Assembly (NCBI GenBank): GCA_900540495.1
Contig: UQGA01000007.1
Span: 1,662-65,661, forward strand
Source of the DNA: an uncultured Eubacteriales bacterium
GTDB taxonomy: Bacteria; Bacillota; Clostridia; Christensenellales; CAG-138
Length of the DNA: 64,000 nt
Direction of reading: 5' to 3'
In this document: positions 55,207 through 64,000 of the stretch, in pieces
How the letters are laid out: each line of letters begins with the position of its first letter
How positions within the stretch are numbered: the first letter of the stretch is position 1
Translations under genes and position numbers: made by a program
The notes under the pieces: model-generated
Told to the model about the DNA's origin: nothing
Seen by the model: the letters and a program-made list of their open reading frames with translations, nothing else
Database searches by the model: none

Positions 55207-56934
55207 TTATGCCACCCCCTTCTGCTGCGAATGGTAGACTTCCTGATAGATCTGATTTGTGGCGAGCAGCTCGTCGTGCGTGCCCACCGCGTCGATCTCG
55301 CCGTCGTGCATGACGATGATGCGATCCGCATCCATGACGGATGTGATGCGCTGCGCGATGATGAGCTTGGTCGTATCCGCCAACTGCGTGCGGAACGCAT
55401 GGCGGATGGCCGCGTCGGTCGCGGTATCCACGGCGGAGGTCGAGTCATCAAGAATCAGGATCTTCGGGGATTTTAGCAGTGCGCGCGCGATGCAAAGCCG
55501 CTGCTTCTGACCGCCGGATACGTTCACACCGCCCTGCCCGAGCACGGTGTCGTATCCATCCGGGAAACTCATGATAAAGTCATGCGCAGCGGCGGCACGA
55601 CAGGCAGCCTCGATCTGCGCGTCCGTTGCGTTCTGGTTGCCCCAGCGCAGGTTGTCGCGGATCGTGCCGGAGAAGAGCACGTTCTTTTGCAGCACCATGC
55701 CAACGTCGCCGCGCAGGGATTCGATCTTATAATCGCGCACGTCGCGCCCGCCAACGAGCACCTGGCCGGAAAGCACGTCGTACAGCCGCGGGATCAGCTG
55801 CACCAGCGTGGTCTTGGCCGAACCGGAACCGCCGATGATGCCGATGACCTCGCCGGAGCGGATGGACAGGTTGATGTGCGAGAGCACGAGGTTGTTCGGG
55901 TCGTCCGAATAGGAGAAACACACATCGCGGAACTCGATGCTGCCGTCCTCGGGCACGACGTCCGCGCTCTCCGGCCCGTCCTTGATGACCGGCACCTCGG
56001 TGAGCACTTCATAGATGCGCTTGGCGGAGGCCGAGGAGAGCACGAAGTTGACAAACGCCATCGTGATCATCATCAGCGACATGAGGATCTGCGAGATGTA
56101 CGCGATGAAGCTCATCAGGTCGCCCGCGGCCAGCTGCCCGTCGATCACGTGCCCGCCGCCGAGCCAGATAACCGCGATGATGCACGCGTACATGGTGATC
56201 TGCATCAGCGGCGAGGAGATGACCAGCAGCCGCTCGGCGCGCTTTTGCGCCTGCTTGACCGCTTCCGCGCTGCGGTTGAACTTGTCGATCTCGTAATCCT
56301 CGCGCACGAACGCCTTCACCACGCGGATGGCGATCAGGTTCTCCTGCGCGTCGGCGTTCATCTGGTCGTATTTTTTCAGCATATCGTTGAAGCGGGGATA
56401 CGCCATGCGCGAGATCACCGCCATCGCGATGCCGAGGAACGGGATGGCCGCAAACATGATCAGCGACAGCCGCGGGCTGATGTGGAAGGCCATGATCGTC
56501 GCCAGCACCAGCATCAGCGGCGAGCGCGCCATCAGCCGGATCATCATCTGGAACGACTGCTGCACGTTGGTGATGTCGTTGGTCAGGCGCGTCACAAGCG
56601 AGGCGGTGGAGAACTTGTCGATGTTCTTGGCGGAGAACGCCTCCACGCAGCCAAACAGCGCCAGGCGCAGGTTCTTGGCCGCGCCGTTGCTGGAATAGAC
56701 CGCAAAGCGCGCGCCGAGCGCGCCAAAGAGCAGCGCGCCCATCGCCATCAACACCATGAGCCCGCCGGTGCGCAGCACATAGGGCAGATCCTTGTTCGGG
56801 ATACCGATGTCGATGATGTCCGCCATGAACAGGGGGATGAACACCTCCAGGACGACTTCGGCTGCAACGGTGAGCGGCGTGAGGATCGTTGTGTGCCAGT
56901 ACCCGCGTACATAGCTGAACAGTTTTTTAATCAT
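55207..56934 (-). CDS. ABC exporter, fused permease/ATPase (subunit A)
   Basis: Six-TM domain, Walker A GGSGSAKTT, signature VSGGQKQRL, Walker B LILDDSTS. AAGGAG RBS before the ATG at 56934. Confidence 0.9.
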   Translation of the reverse strand: MIKKLFSYVRGYWHTTILTPLTVAAEVVLEVFIPLFMADIIDIGIPNKDLPYVLRTGGLMVLMAMGALLFGALGARFAVYSSNGAAKNLRLALFGCVEAFSAKNIDKFSTASLVTRLTNDITNVQQSFQMMIRLMARSPLMLVLATIMAFHISPRLSLIMFAAIPFLGIAMAVISRMAYPRFNDMLKKYDQMNADAQENLIAIRVVKAFVREDYEIDKFNRSAEAVKQAQKRAERLLVISSPLMQITMYACIIAVIWLGGGHVIDGQLAAGDLMSFIAYISQILMSLMMITMAFVNFVLSSASAKRIYEVLTEVPVIKDGPESADVVPEDGSIEFRDVCFSYSDDPNNLVLSHINLSIRSGEVIGIIGGSGSAKTTLVQLIPRLYDVLSGQVLVGGRDVRDYKIESLRGDVGMVLQKNVLFSGTIRDNLRWGNQNATDAQIEAACRAAAAHDFIMSFPDGYDTVLGQGGVNVSGGQKQRLCIARALLKSPKILILDDSTSAVDTATDAAIRHAFRTQLADTTKLIIAQRITSVMDADRIIVMHDGEIDAVGTHDELLATNQIYQEVYHSQQKGVA

Positions 56935-57413
56935 GCATTTTCTCCTTCCCTGGGGTGCTTGCATTCTCGCCACGGGGGCATGGATGGGATAGTGCCGCCG
57001 TTGAGATTGGCAATCATCCGGCCGAGCAGATCGGCAAACTGTCGCAAATCCGCCTCCGAAAGACCGCGGAGCATCTCCGCATTGAGCAGGTCAAAACTGC
57101 GGCGGTATTCCTCCGCAAGTGTAACACCGCTCTTTGTGGCGTAAAGGCGATTGCAGCGCAGATTGTCCTCGTCCACCCGCTTTTCGATCAGCCCGGCCCG
57201 TTGCAGCCGCTTGGTGGACTGCGCGATGGAGGCCGGCGAGACCATCAGCCTGCATGCAAGCTGGTGCTGTGTGCAGCCAGGTGAAGCGATGAGGCACTCG
57301 AGCACGGGGAGCTGGCCGTCGTATAGCCCGCAGCCGCTGGTATGCTCGCGCAGGCGCTTGCCGCGCAGCACGTTCAGCGTAATCATCCGGCCGATGACTT
57401 CCCAACTGTTCAT
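56931..57413 (-). CDS. MarR-family transcriptional regulator
   Basis: Winged-helix pattern QLPVLECL...CTQHQLACRLMVSPASIAQSTKRLQRAGLIEKR. ATGA overlap with the exporter gene. Confidence 0.85.
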   Translation of the reverse strand: MNSWEVIGRMITLNVLRGKRLREHTSGCGLYDGQLPVLECLIASPGCTQHQLACRLMVSPASIAQSTKRLQRAGLIEKRVDEDNLRCNRLYATKSGVTLAEEYRRSFDLLNAEMLRGLSEADLRQFADLLGRMIANLNGGTIPSMPPWRECKHPREGENA

Positions 57414-57431
57414 GCCGTACCCTCCTTCCGA

Positions 57432-57453
57432 TTGATAACCGCTTAACTATCAA
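57432..57453. promoter_or_regulatory. Candidate MarR operator
   Basis: Inverted repeat TTGATA-N10-TATCAA between the marR promoter -10 and the marR start codon. Confidence 0.45.
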
Positions 57454-57461
57454 ACTTGACC

Positions 57462-57490
57462 ATCATAGCAGGTGCGGCAGGATCTGTCAA
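57462..57490 (-). promoter_or_regulatory. Sigma-A promoter for the marR-ABC operon
   Basis: Minus strand reads TTGACA-17 nt-TATGAT. Confidence 0.65.
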
Positions 57491-57518
57491 GGGAATTCCG
57501 GATTTCCCACAAAATGAA

Positions 57519-57547
57519 TTGTACAATGGCCGCCGGCATGGTAAAAT
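57519..57547 (+). promoter_or_regulatory. Sigma-A promoter for hflX
   Basis: TTGTAC-17 nt-TGgTAAAAT. Confidence 0.5.
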
Positions 57548-57622
57548 ACTAAAACAACGCGCCTGCGCGCGGCGGATGCGGCGCGCGGGGCGAGAACGGG
57601 CGCACAAGAGACAAACGGAGAT

Positions 57623-59395
57623 ATGAGAAAAACGGTCAACGGCAATACCGGCGGCGTGCGCGAGGTGTTGCTCAGGGAAATGGAATCGCTGTATGCGATG
57701 GAACAGGGGCAGGATACGTTTTTGTCCGACGAACTGTGCAGCGCGCTGGCGCGATATACGGGGCTGATCGGGCGGGAAATCCTGGTCTATATTGGGCGCA
57801 ACGGCAACATCGAAGAGGTGCGCATCGGAGACGATCACACCGTTTCCATGCCGGAGATGCGTCTGGTGCGCAATGCGGACCGGCTCTGCGGCGTGCGCTG
57901 CATCCATACGCACCCGCGCGGCAGCGGGCTGCTTTCCGATGTGGACGCCGGGTCGCTCGGCTCGTTGCGGTTGGACGCCATGGCGGCCATCGGCGTGACG
58001 GAGGACGGCCGCGCCACAAGCGTATGCGTAGGCTATTTGGGGGAGCAGGAGGGAGACCGGCGCCAGACCGTGCTCTACGGTCCGATGCGCGCCTACCATC
58101 TGCCGCAAAAGCAGCTGATGGATGCAATCTTCGAGGCGGACGCCCGGTTTGCGTCGAGCGCCTATGCGGTGACGCAGGCGCGCCCGGAACGGGCGATTCT
58201 TGTGGGGATCGACGGCGCTGAAGGATACGACACGCTGGAGGAGCTGGCGGCGCTGGCGGAGACGGCGGGCGTGCAGGTCGTGGGCCGCTCGGTGCAGCGG
58301 CGGCGCGCCGTGGACAATGCGACGTATATCGGCACCGGCAAGGCCGAAGAGCTTGCGCTCGACGTCAACGCGCTTGAGGCCGATCTGGTCATTTTTGACG
58401 ATGAGCTGTCCGCCATCCAGATGCGCAATCTGGAGCAGTCGCTCGGCGTGCCGATCATCGACCGCACCATGCTCATCCTCGACATCTTCGCCATGCGCGC
58501 CCAGTCGCGTGAGGGCAAGCTGCAGGTGGAGCTTGCCCAGCTCAAGTACCGGCTGCCGCGCCTGCTCGGCATGGGGCGGGCGCTTTCCCGCCAGGGCGCT
58601 TCCGGCGTCGGGATGCGCGGACCGGGCGAGAAAAAGCTCGAGATCGACCGCCGCCGCATCCGCCGCCGCATCTTTGAGCTCGAGCAGTCTCTCGCCGAAA
58701 TTGAAAAACAGCGCGGCCTGCGCCGCGAGCGCCGCCTGCAGGGCCCTGTACCGATGGTTGCGCTTGTGGGGTATACCAATGCGGGCAAATCCACGCTGCT
58801 CAACCGGTTGTCCGGCAGCGATGTGCTCGCTGAGGACAGGCTTTTTGCCACGCTCGACCCGGTTGTCCGGCAGGTCCCGCTGCCATCCGGCGGCGAATGC
58901 CTGCTATCGGACACGGTGGGCTTTATCAACAAACTGCCGCACGACCTTGTACGGGCGTTCCATTCCACGCTTGAGGAGGTGCGCAGCGCCGCGCTGATCC
59001 TGCATGTAATCGACTGCACAAGCCCGTATGCGGATGTGCAGGCGCGCGTGGTGGAGGATGTGCTCGCGCAGCTCGGCGCGGCGGATACGCCGCGGATCAA
59101 TGTTTATAACAAGACGGACGCGGCGCAGGCGCCGTTTGCGATGCGCGGCGAGTCCGTCCGCATCAGCGCCCGCACGGGCGGCGGGGTGGACGAACTGCTC
59201 GAGCGCGTGGAGCGGGCGCTGAACCGGCGTCAGGTGCGCGTCGAGCTCGTCGTGCCCTATGACCGGTATGAGGCGATGCGCCTGCTGCATGAGCTCGGCG
59301 CCATACGGCAGGAGACGCACGAGCCGGACGGCACACATGTCGTCGCTCTGCTGGATGAAGCGCAGCTCTGGCGTGTGCAGAAGGCGCTGTCCTGA
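57623..59395 (+). CDS. hflX: GTPase HflX with a roughly 185-aa N-terminal JAB/RadC-like extension
   Basis: HflX N-domain (GTGKAEEL, DDELSAIQMRNLE, QVELAQLKYRLPRL), G1 GYTNAGKST, G3 DTVGF, G4 NKTD. The N-terminal extension contains HTHPRGSGLLSDVD. Confidence 0.9.
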   Translation: MRKTVNGNTGGVREVLLREMESLYAMEQGQDTFLSDELCSALARYTGLIGREILVYIGRNGNIEEVRIGDDHTVSMPEMRLVRNADRLCGVRCIHTHPRGSGLLSDVDAGSLGSLRLDAMAAIGVTEDGRATSVCVGYLGEQEGDRRQTVLYGPMRAYHLPQKQLMDAIFEADARFASSAYAVTQARPERAILVGIDGAEGYDTLEELAALAETAGVQVVGRSVQRRRAVDNATYIGTGKAEELALDVNALEADLVIFDDELSAIQMRNLEQSLGVPIIDRTMLILDIFAMRAQSREGKLQVELAQLKYRLPRLLGMGRALSRQGASGVGMRGPGEKKLEIDRRRIRRRIFELEQSLAEIEKQRGLRRERRLQGPVPMVALVGYTNAGKSTLLNRLSGSDVLAEDRLFATLDPVVRQVPLPSGGECLLSDTVGFINKLPHDLVRAFHSTLEEVRSAALILHVIDCTSPYADVQARVVEDVLAQLGAADTPRINVYNKTDAAQAPFAMRGESVRISARTGGGVDELLERVERALNRRQVRVELVVPYDRYEAMRLLHELGAIRQETHEPDGTHVVALLDEAQLWRVQKALS

Positions 59396-59431
59396 AGGCA
59401 CATCCGGGCCGAATGTTGCATAAGGTAGCAT

Positions 59432-59472
59432 ATCCGTTGCGCTGCGGCGCACGGATTTGTCTTGCGTTTTTT
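59432..59472 (+). terminator. Rho-independent terminator after hflX
   Basis: atccgttgcgc-tgcg-gcgcacggat followed by a T-rich tail. Confidence 0.6.
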
Positions 59473-59489
59473 GGTTGGAATGATATAAT
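59462..59489 (+). promoter_or_regulatory. Sigma-A promoter for the CDF transporter gene
   Basis: TTGCGT-16 nt-TATAAT. The short leader has a small hairpin ccgccc-cttc-gggcgg before AGGAG. Confidence 0.5.
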
Positions 59490-59530
59490 GGGAAAACCGC
59501 CCCTTCGGGCGGGGAACAGGAGCGGGGAAC

Positions 59531-60700
59531 ATGATCGGACTGCTGGCAAGATGGCTGATTCCGAACCGGGAGGATGTGCGCGCGCCAGAGGTGCGCAGCG
59601 CCTATGGCACGCTGTGCGGCGCCGTTGGCATTGCGTTCAATGCGCTGCTCTTTTTGGGCAAGCTGCTTGCCGGTTCCATTTCCGGCTCCATTGCCGTGAC
59701 GGCGGATGCGTTCAACAACCTGTCGGACGCTGGCTCTTCTCTCATTACGCTCATCGGCTTTCGCATGGCGGGCCGCAAGCCGGACCCGAAACATCCGTTC
59801 GGACACGGGCGGATCGAGTATATTTCCGGCTTTATCGTGGCGCTTGCCATCCTGCTGATGGGCGTCGAGCTGCTGGTGAGCTCCATTGAGAAGATCGCCG
59901 CCCCGGAACCGGTGGAGTTCAGCCCGCTGACGGTCGGCATTCTTGCCGCGTCTATTCTCGTAAAGCTCTACATGGCCTTCTATAACCGCCGCATCGGCGC
60001 GCGCATCGACTCCACCGCCATGCGCGCCGCCGCAACCGACAGCCTGAGCGACTGCGTTGCCACCGGCGTCGTCCTCCTTTCCACACTGATCGGCCACTGG
60101 ACCGGGCTGCACATCGACGGCTGGTGCGGCCTGCTCGTGGCGCTGTTCATCCTGTATGCGGGCTTTGGCGCCGCGCGAGAGACGGTCGGCCCGCTGCTGG
60201 GCGAACCGCCGACAAAGGAATACGTGCAGCAGATCGAGGAGTTTGTGCTCTCGCATGAGGGCGTTGTCGGCATTCACGACCTCATCGTCCACAACTACGG
60301 GCCGGGCCGCAGCATGATCTCGCTCCATGTTGAAGTGCCTGCAAACGGAGACATACTTGAGCTGCACGATATGATCGATAACATTGAGCACGGCCTGCGC
60401 GACCGCATGGGGTGCGATACGGTCATCCACATGGACCCGGTCGTCACGGACGATGAACATGTGCAAACCCTGCGGGAGACGGTGCGCGGCTTTGCCGAGG
60501 AGATTGATCCCGCCATTACGATCCACGATTTCCGTATGGTCAGCGGGCCGACGCATACGAACCTCATCTTTGACGCCGTGGTGCCATTCCGGCTCCGCCT
60601 TTCGGATGAGGAGGTGCGCCGCCGGCTGGCCGAGCGGGTGCGCACGATTGACGGCAATTATTATGCCGTGATTGAGATTGACAAGTCGCATGTACTCTGA
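59531..60700 (+). CDS. Cation diffusion facilitator (CDF) family transporter
   Basis: Six TM helices with D/H-containing TM2/TM5 motifs (AVTADAFNNLSD, AATDSLSD) and a C-terminal cytoplasmic domain. Confidence 0.8.
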   Translation: MIGLLARWLIPNREDVRAPEVRSAYGTLCGAVGIAFNALLFLGKLLAGSISGSIAVTADAFNNLSDAGSSLITLIGFRMAGRKPDPKHPFGHGRIEYISGFIVALAILLMGVELLVSSIEKIAAPEPVEFSPLTVGILAASILVKLYMAFYNRRIGARIDSTAMRAAATDSLSDCVATGVVLLSTLIGHWTGLHIDGWCGLLVALFILYAGFGAARETVGPLLGEPPTKEYVQQIEEFVLSHEGVVGIHDLIVHNYGPGRSMISLHVEVPANGDILELHDMIDNIEHGLRDRMGCDTVIHMDPVVTDDEHVQTLRETVRGFAEEIDPAITIHDFRMVSGPTHTNLIFDAVVPFRLRLSDEEVRRRLAERVRTIDGNYYAVIEIDKSHVL

Positions 60701-60754
60701 GCCGCTACTCAGCGCCGCTGGGCCGCTGGCAACCCTGTACGAAGGAGGATATCG

Positions 60755-62035
60755 ATGAAGAAGCTGGGCGCGCGCGTTTGGGTATCGCTTCTGCTGATCG
60801 GGCTTGCGGGGCAATTCGCCTGGACGATTGAGAACATGTACTTCAACGTCTTTCTGTACAACACCATTTCCACCGACCCGAACTACATCGCCGCCATGGT
60901 GGCGGCAAGCGCGGCGGTCGCCACGCTGACGACGCTGTGCATGGGCGCGCTGTCCGACCGGATGGGCCGGCGCAAGGCGTTCATCTGCGTTGGCTATATC
61001 CTCTGGGGGCTGTCCACGCTCGCTTTCGGCTACATTACGGTTGAAAATGCGGCGCGCTGGTTCCCGGCGGCCAATGCCGTTGCGGCGGCTGCCGTACTCG
61101 TGGTGGTGATGGACTGCGTGATGACGTTTTTCGGCTCCACGGCCAACGATGCGGCGTTCAACGCCTATGTCACCGATCAGACCACGAGCGAGAACCGCGG
61201 CCGCGTGGAATCGGTGCTGGCCGTACTGCCGCTGCTGTCCATGCTCGTGATCTTCGGCGCGTTTGACGGTATGACCCGGCAGGGGCGCTGGCGGGAGTTC
61301 TTCCTGATTTTCGGCCTTCTCGTCATTGCCGTTGGCGTACTGTCGTTCTTTTTGCTGCCGGAGAGCCGCGTGGAGAAGCGCACGGGCGGATTTCTGCCCG
61401 CGCTGACCTATGGGTTCCGGCCGTCCGTTGTGCGGGAAAACCGGCGACTGTATCTCGCGTTCGGCGCGCTTTGCCTGTTTTCGGTGGCGGTGCAGGTGTT
61501 CTTTCCCTATCTCATCATCTATTTACAGACGTATCTGCATCTGAATTCGTATGCAATCGTGCTCGGCGTGGTGTTGCTCGCCGCGTCGCTCATCTCGGTT
61601 CTCTCCGGACGGACCATTGATCGCATTGGCAAATTGCGCTGCGTTCCCGCGGCCGTGTCGGTCATGTGCGTCGGTCTGGTGCTGATGTATTTTGCCCGGT
61701 CCATCGGCTTCGTGATCGCCGCCGGCATCGTGATGATGGCGGGATACATGCTCGTGACCGCGGTGTTGTCCGCCGTTGTACGCGACTATACGCCGGCCGG
61801 ACGCGTCGGGAGCTTTCAGGGCATCCGCATGATCTTTGGCGTGCTGGTGCCGATGATCGTGGGCCCGTTCCTCGGCGCTGCGGTCATTCGCGGCGCGGCG
61901 GGCACCTATGAGGAGCTGGGCGTGGTCAGGGACGTGCCGACGCCCGCCATTTTCTTGACCGCCGCCGCCGTGCTGCTGACGGTTTTTCTGCCCATGCTGC
62001 TGTTGCGCAGGGAGGAGAGGAGGCAGCACAGATGA
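60755..62035 (+). CDS. MFS transporter
   Basis: About 12 TM helices and the loop motif GALSDRMGRRK between TM2 and TM3. Confidence 0.8.
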   Translation: MKKLGARVWVSLLLIGLAGQFAWTIENMYFNVFLYNTISTDPNYIAAMVAASAAVATLTTLCMGALSDRMGRRKAFICVGYILWGLSTLAFGYITVENAARWFPAANAVAAAAVLVVVMDCVMTFFGSTANDAAFNAYVTDQTTSENRGRVESVLAVLPLLSMLVIFGAFDGMTRQGRWREFFLIFGLLVIAVGVLSFFLLPESRVEKRTGGFLPALTYGFRPSVVRENRRLYLAFGALCLFSVAVQVFFPYLIIYLQTYLHLNSYAIVLGVVLLAASLISVLSGRTIDRIGKLRCVPAAVSVMCVGLVLMYFARSIGFVIAAGIVMMAGYMLVTAVLSAVVRDYTPAGRVGSFQGIRMIFGVLVPMIVGPFLGAAVIRGAAGTYEELGVVRDVPTPAIFLTAAAVLLTVFLPMLLLRREERRQHR

Positions 62036-63762
62036 ACCGGCCCCCCATCGACCCTTCTTCGCCGGTGCTGCCGGAATATCCGCGGCCGCAGCTGCGCCGC
62101 GACAGCTATCTGAACCTGAACGGCCCCTGGGACTATGCCATCACCGATACGGACGTGCAGCCCGAGCGGTTTGACGGACAGATACTCGTCCCCTTTTCGC
62201 CGGAGGCGCCGCTCTCCGGCGTGCGGCGCACGCTCACGCCGGACCGGTTTTTGTGGTATCGCCGCCGCGTGACGTTGCCGGCGGGCTTTGTGCGCGAGCG
62301 CACGCTGCTCCATTTCGGCGCTGTCGATCAGGAGGCCGCCGTGTTCGTCAACGGCGAGCAGCTCGCCCATCACATCGGCGGCTATCTGCCGTTCTTCTGC
62401 GATGTGACCGAGGCGTTGCATGGCGGCGATGCGCTGGAGATCGTCGTCTGCGTGCGGGACGGGACGGACGCGTCGTACCACACGCGCGGCAAGCAAAAGC
62501 GCGCGCGAGGCGGTATCTGGTACACGCCGCAGAGCGGCATCTGGCAGACGGTCTGGATGGAGAGCCTGCCGAAGACGCATATCCGTTCGTTGCGCATTAC
62601 GCCGCTGTTCGACGAGGCGGCGGTGGAACTGCGCGCGCAGACGAGCCTGCCCTGCGCCTGCGTCGCGCGGCTCGACGGCCGGACGGTCACCTTCTGCAGC
62701 GGCACGGCCGTACGCATCCCCATGCCGGGCTTTCATCCGTGGTCGCCGGAGGACCCCTTCCTCTACGACCTCACCCTGGAGGCGGGGGAGGATCGCGTGG
62801 AGAGCTATTTTGCCATGCGCAGCTTTGGCGTGGGGCCGGACGCCGAAGGGCGGCCGCGCCTGCTGCTCAACGGGAAGCCGTATTTCCACACCGGCGTGCT
62901 CGACCAGGGCTACTGGCCGGAAGGGCTGTATACCGCCCCGTCGGACGAGGCCCTGGCCGCCGATATCGCGCTCATGAAGCGCATGGGCTTTAACATGCTG
63001 CGCAAGCACATCAAGGTGGAGCCGTTGCGCTGGTATTACCATTGCGACAGGCTGGGCATGCTCGTCTGGCAGGACATGCCCAACGGCGGCGGCCGCTACC
63101 GGCTCTCCACCGTATCGCTGCCGCTGTTTACCGGCCGGCACCGGGACGATCACGCATACGCCGCCTTCGCACGGCAGGAGGCCGCCGGCCGGCGCGAGTT
63201 TGCCAAGGAGCTCCGCGAGATGGTAGAGCACCTGTACAACTGCCCCTGCATCGCCATGTGGGTGCCCTTCAACGAGGGCTGGGGGCAGTTCGACGCCCGC
63301 GAGACGGCGGAATGGCTGCGCGCGTTTGACCCGACGCGCACGGTAGACCATGCCAGCGGCTGGCACGATCAGGGCGCCGGCGACGTCCGGAGCCTGCACG
63401 TTTATTTTCGCCCCTACCGCCACCGGCAGGAGGACGGGGCGCGCGCGACCGTGCTGTCGGAGTTTGGCGGTTACAACCTGCGCGTCGCAGGCCATGCGTT
63501 CAGCCGAAAGGATTTCGGCTATCGCCGCTTCCGGACGGCGGAGGAATTCAGCTTTGCCCTACAGGACCTGTATGTGCGCCAGATCATCCCGGCCAAAGCG
63601 CAGGGGCTGAGCGCAACGGTGTATACGCAGCTTTCCGATGTGGAGGACGAACTGAACGGACTTGTGACGTATGATCGCGCCGTCGTAAAGATGGATGTGG
63701 AAGCGATGCGCGCGCTCAACGACGCGCTGCTGGATCGATTGCCGCAGATGCCGGACGATTGA
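62032..63762 (+). CDS. Glycoside hydrolase family 2 protein
   Basis: GH2 sugar-binding domain (LHFGAVDQEAAVFVNGEQLAHHIGGYLPF.CDVT), a TIM-barrel segment (GFNMLRKHIKVE) and an acid/base context VPFNEGWGQ. ATGA overlap with the MFS gene. Confidence 0.7.
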   Translation: MNRPPIDPSSPVLPEYPRPQLRRDSYLNLNGPWDYAITDTDVQPERFDGQILVPFSPEAPLSGVRRTLTPDRFLWYRRRVTLPAGFVRERTLLHFGAVDQEAAVFVNGEQLAHHIGGYLPFFCDVTEALHGGDALEIVVCVRDGTDASYHTRGKQKRARGGIWYTPQSGIWQTVWMESLPKTHIRSLRITPLFDEAAVELRAQTSLPCACVARLDGRTVTFCSGTAVRIPMPGFHPWSPEDPFLYDLTLEAGEDRVESYFAMRSFGVGPDAEGRPRLLLNGKPYFHTGVLDQGYWPEGLYTAPSDEALAADIALMKRMGFNMLRKHIKVEPLRWYYHCDRLGMLVWQDMPNGGGRYRLSTVSLPLFTGRHRDDHAYAAFARQEAAGRREFAKELREMVEHLYNCPCIAMWVPFNEGWGQFDARETAEWLRAFDPTRTVDHASGWHDQGAGDVRSLHVYFRPYRHRQEDGARATVLSEFGGYNLRVAGHAFSRKDFGYRRFRTAEEFSFALQDLYVRQIIPAKAQGLSATVYTQLSDVEDELNGLVTYDRAVVKMDVEAMRALNDALLDRLPQMPDD

Positions 63763-63798
63763 GCGGTAGCGCCGTGGCGCATTTTATATGAGAAAATT

Positions 63799-63825
63799 GG
63801 GGCTTCCGTCGCCGGCGGAAGCCCC
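63799..63825. terminator. Bidirectional terminator
   Basis: ggggcttccg/cggaagcccc stem flanked by A-rich and T-rich segments. Confidence 0.65.
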
Positions 63826-63845
63826 ATTTGCACGGGCAGTTCCCG

Positions 63846-64000
63846 TTAAGCGCGCCTGCGTTTCGCGCGCCTGCGCTGAAACAGCTTCACCAGCTCCACG
63901 GCGGGAATGATCAGCACGGCGAGTATAATGGCGACCGCATATTCGGAAAGGCCGACCGGCGCAAACTGGAAAGCGGCTGCCAAAAACGGCACTTCACACA
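63846..64000 (-). CDS. 3' end of a membrane protein gene (possibly a P-type ATPase), truncated by the window edge
   Basis: Minus-strand translation ...FQFAPVGLSEYAVAIILAVLIIPAVELVKLFQRRRAKRRRA-stop resembles the last TM segment and tail of cation P-type ATPases. Only 51 codons are visible. Confidence 0.35.
   Translation of the reverse strand, partial: CEVPFLAAAFQFAPVGLSEYAVAIILAVLIIPAVELVKLFQRRRAKRRRA

Noticed and set aside
59462-59530. Possible NiCo/czcD-type riboswitch in front of the CDF transporter gene.
   Set aside because: The leader after the predicted -10 is only about 40 nt and holds a single 6-bp hairpin. That is far too short for the roughly 90-nt four-way-junction NiCo element.

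Overview
This is a gene-dense, visibly GC-rich 64-kb stretch. It reads as core chromosome of a spore-forming Firmicute of the class Clostridia, probably a high-GC Oscillospiraceae-like lineage. The taxonomic inference rests on the yabP-yabQ-divIC cluster, a BofC-like gene, a CIRCE-controlled groESL operon, cdaA-cdaR and Firmicute-type sigma-A promoters. I can support about 50 protein genes, one tRNA-Ala(GGC), many canonical -35/-10 promoters and many rho-independent terminators. Recognisable content falls into four groups.

- Envelope and sensing: class A PBP, three OmpR/histidine-kinase pairs, a SPOR protein, MscL, MscS, CdaA/CdaR, an HtrA-like protease and a PrsA-like lipoprotein.
- Housekeeping: NadE, MutS2, Rho, L31, TyrRS, YigZ, ProA, GroES/EL and HflX.
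- Transport: a MacB/FtsX-type ABC system, a MarR-controlled heterodimeric ABC exporter, a CDF transporter and an MFS transporter.
- Sugar use: a GH2 glycosidase.

I see no transposase, integrase, phage gene, CRISPR array or recognisable defence gene, and no compositional island. Most long ORFs in the six-frame track are antisense or shadow ORFs typical of GC-rich DNA. I cannot point to a clear-cut novel system.

The best candidates for a second look:
1. HflX carries a roughly 185-aa N-terminal extension with an intact JAMM/RadC-like HxHx7SxxD signature.
2. Two paralogous membrane-anchored beta-propeller proteins form an operon with an MscS channel.
3. A four-gene ABC/FtsX, 33-aa micropeptide and exported LxxG-repeat protein operon. 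The micropeptide is absent from the ORF track.
4. Rho has a Q/G/Y-rich prion-like insertion.
5. About 0.55 kb upstream of groES is unassigned.
6. MscL has a zinc-ribbon tail and is followed by a Cys-rich mini-protein.

All functional calls rest on motif recognition by eye. No database search was run.
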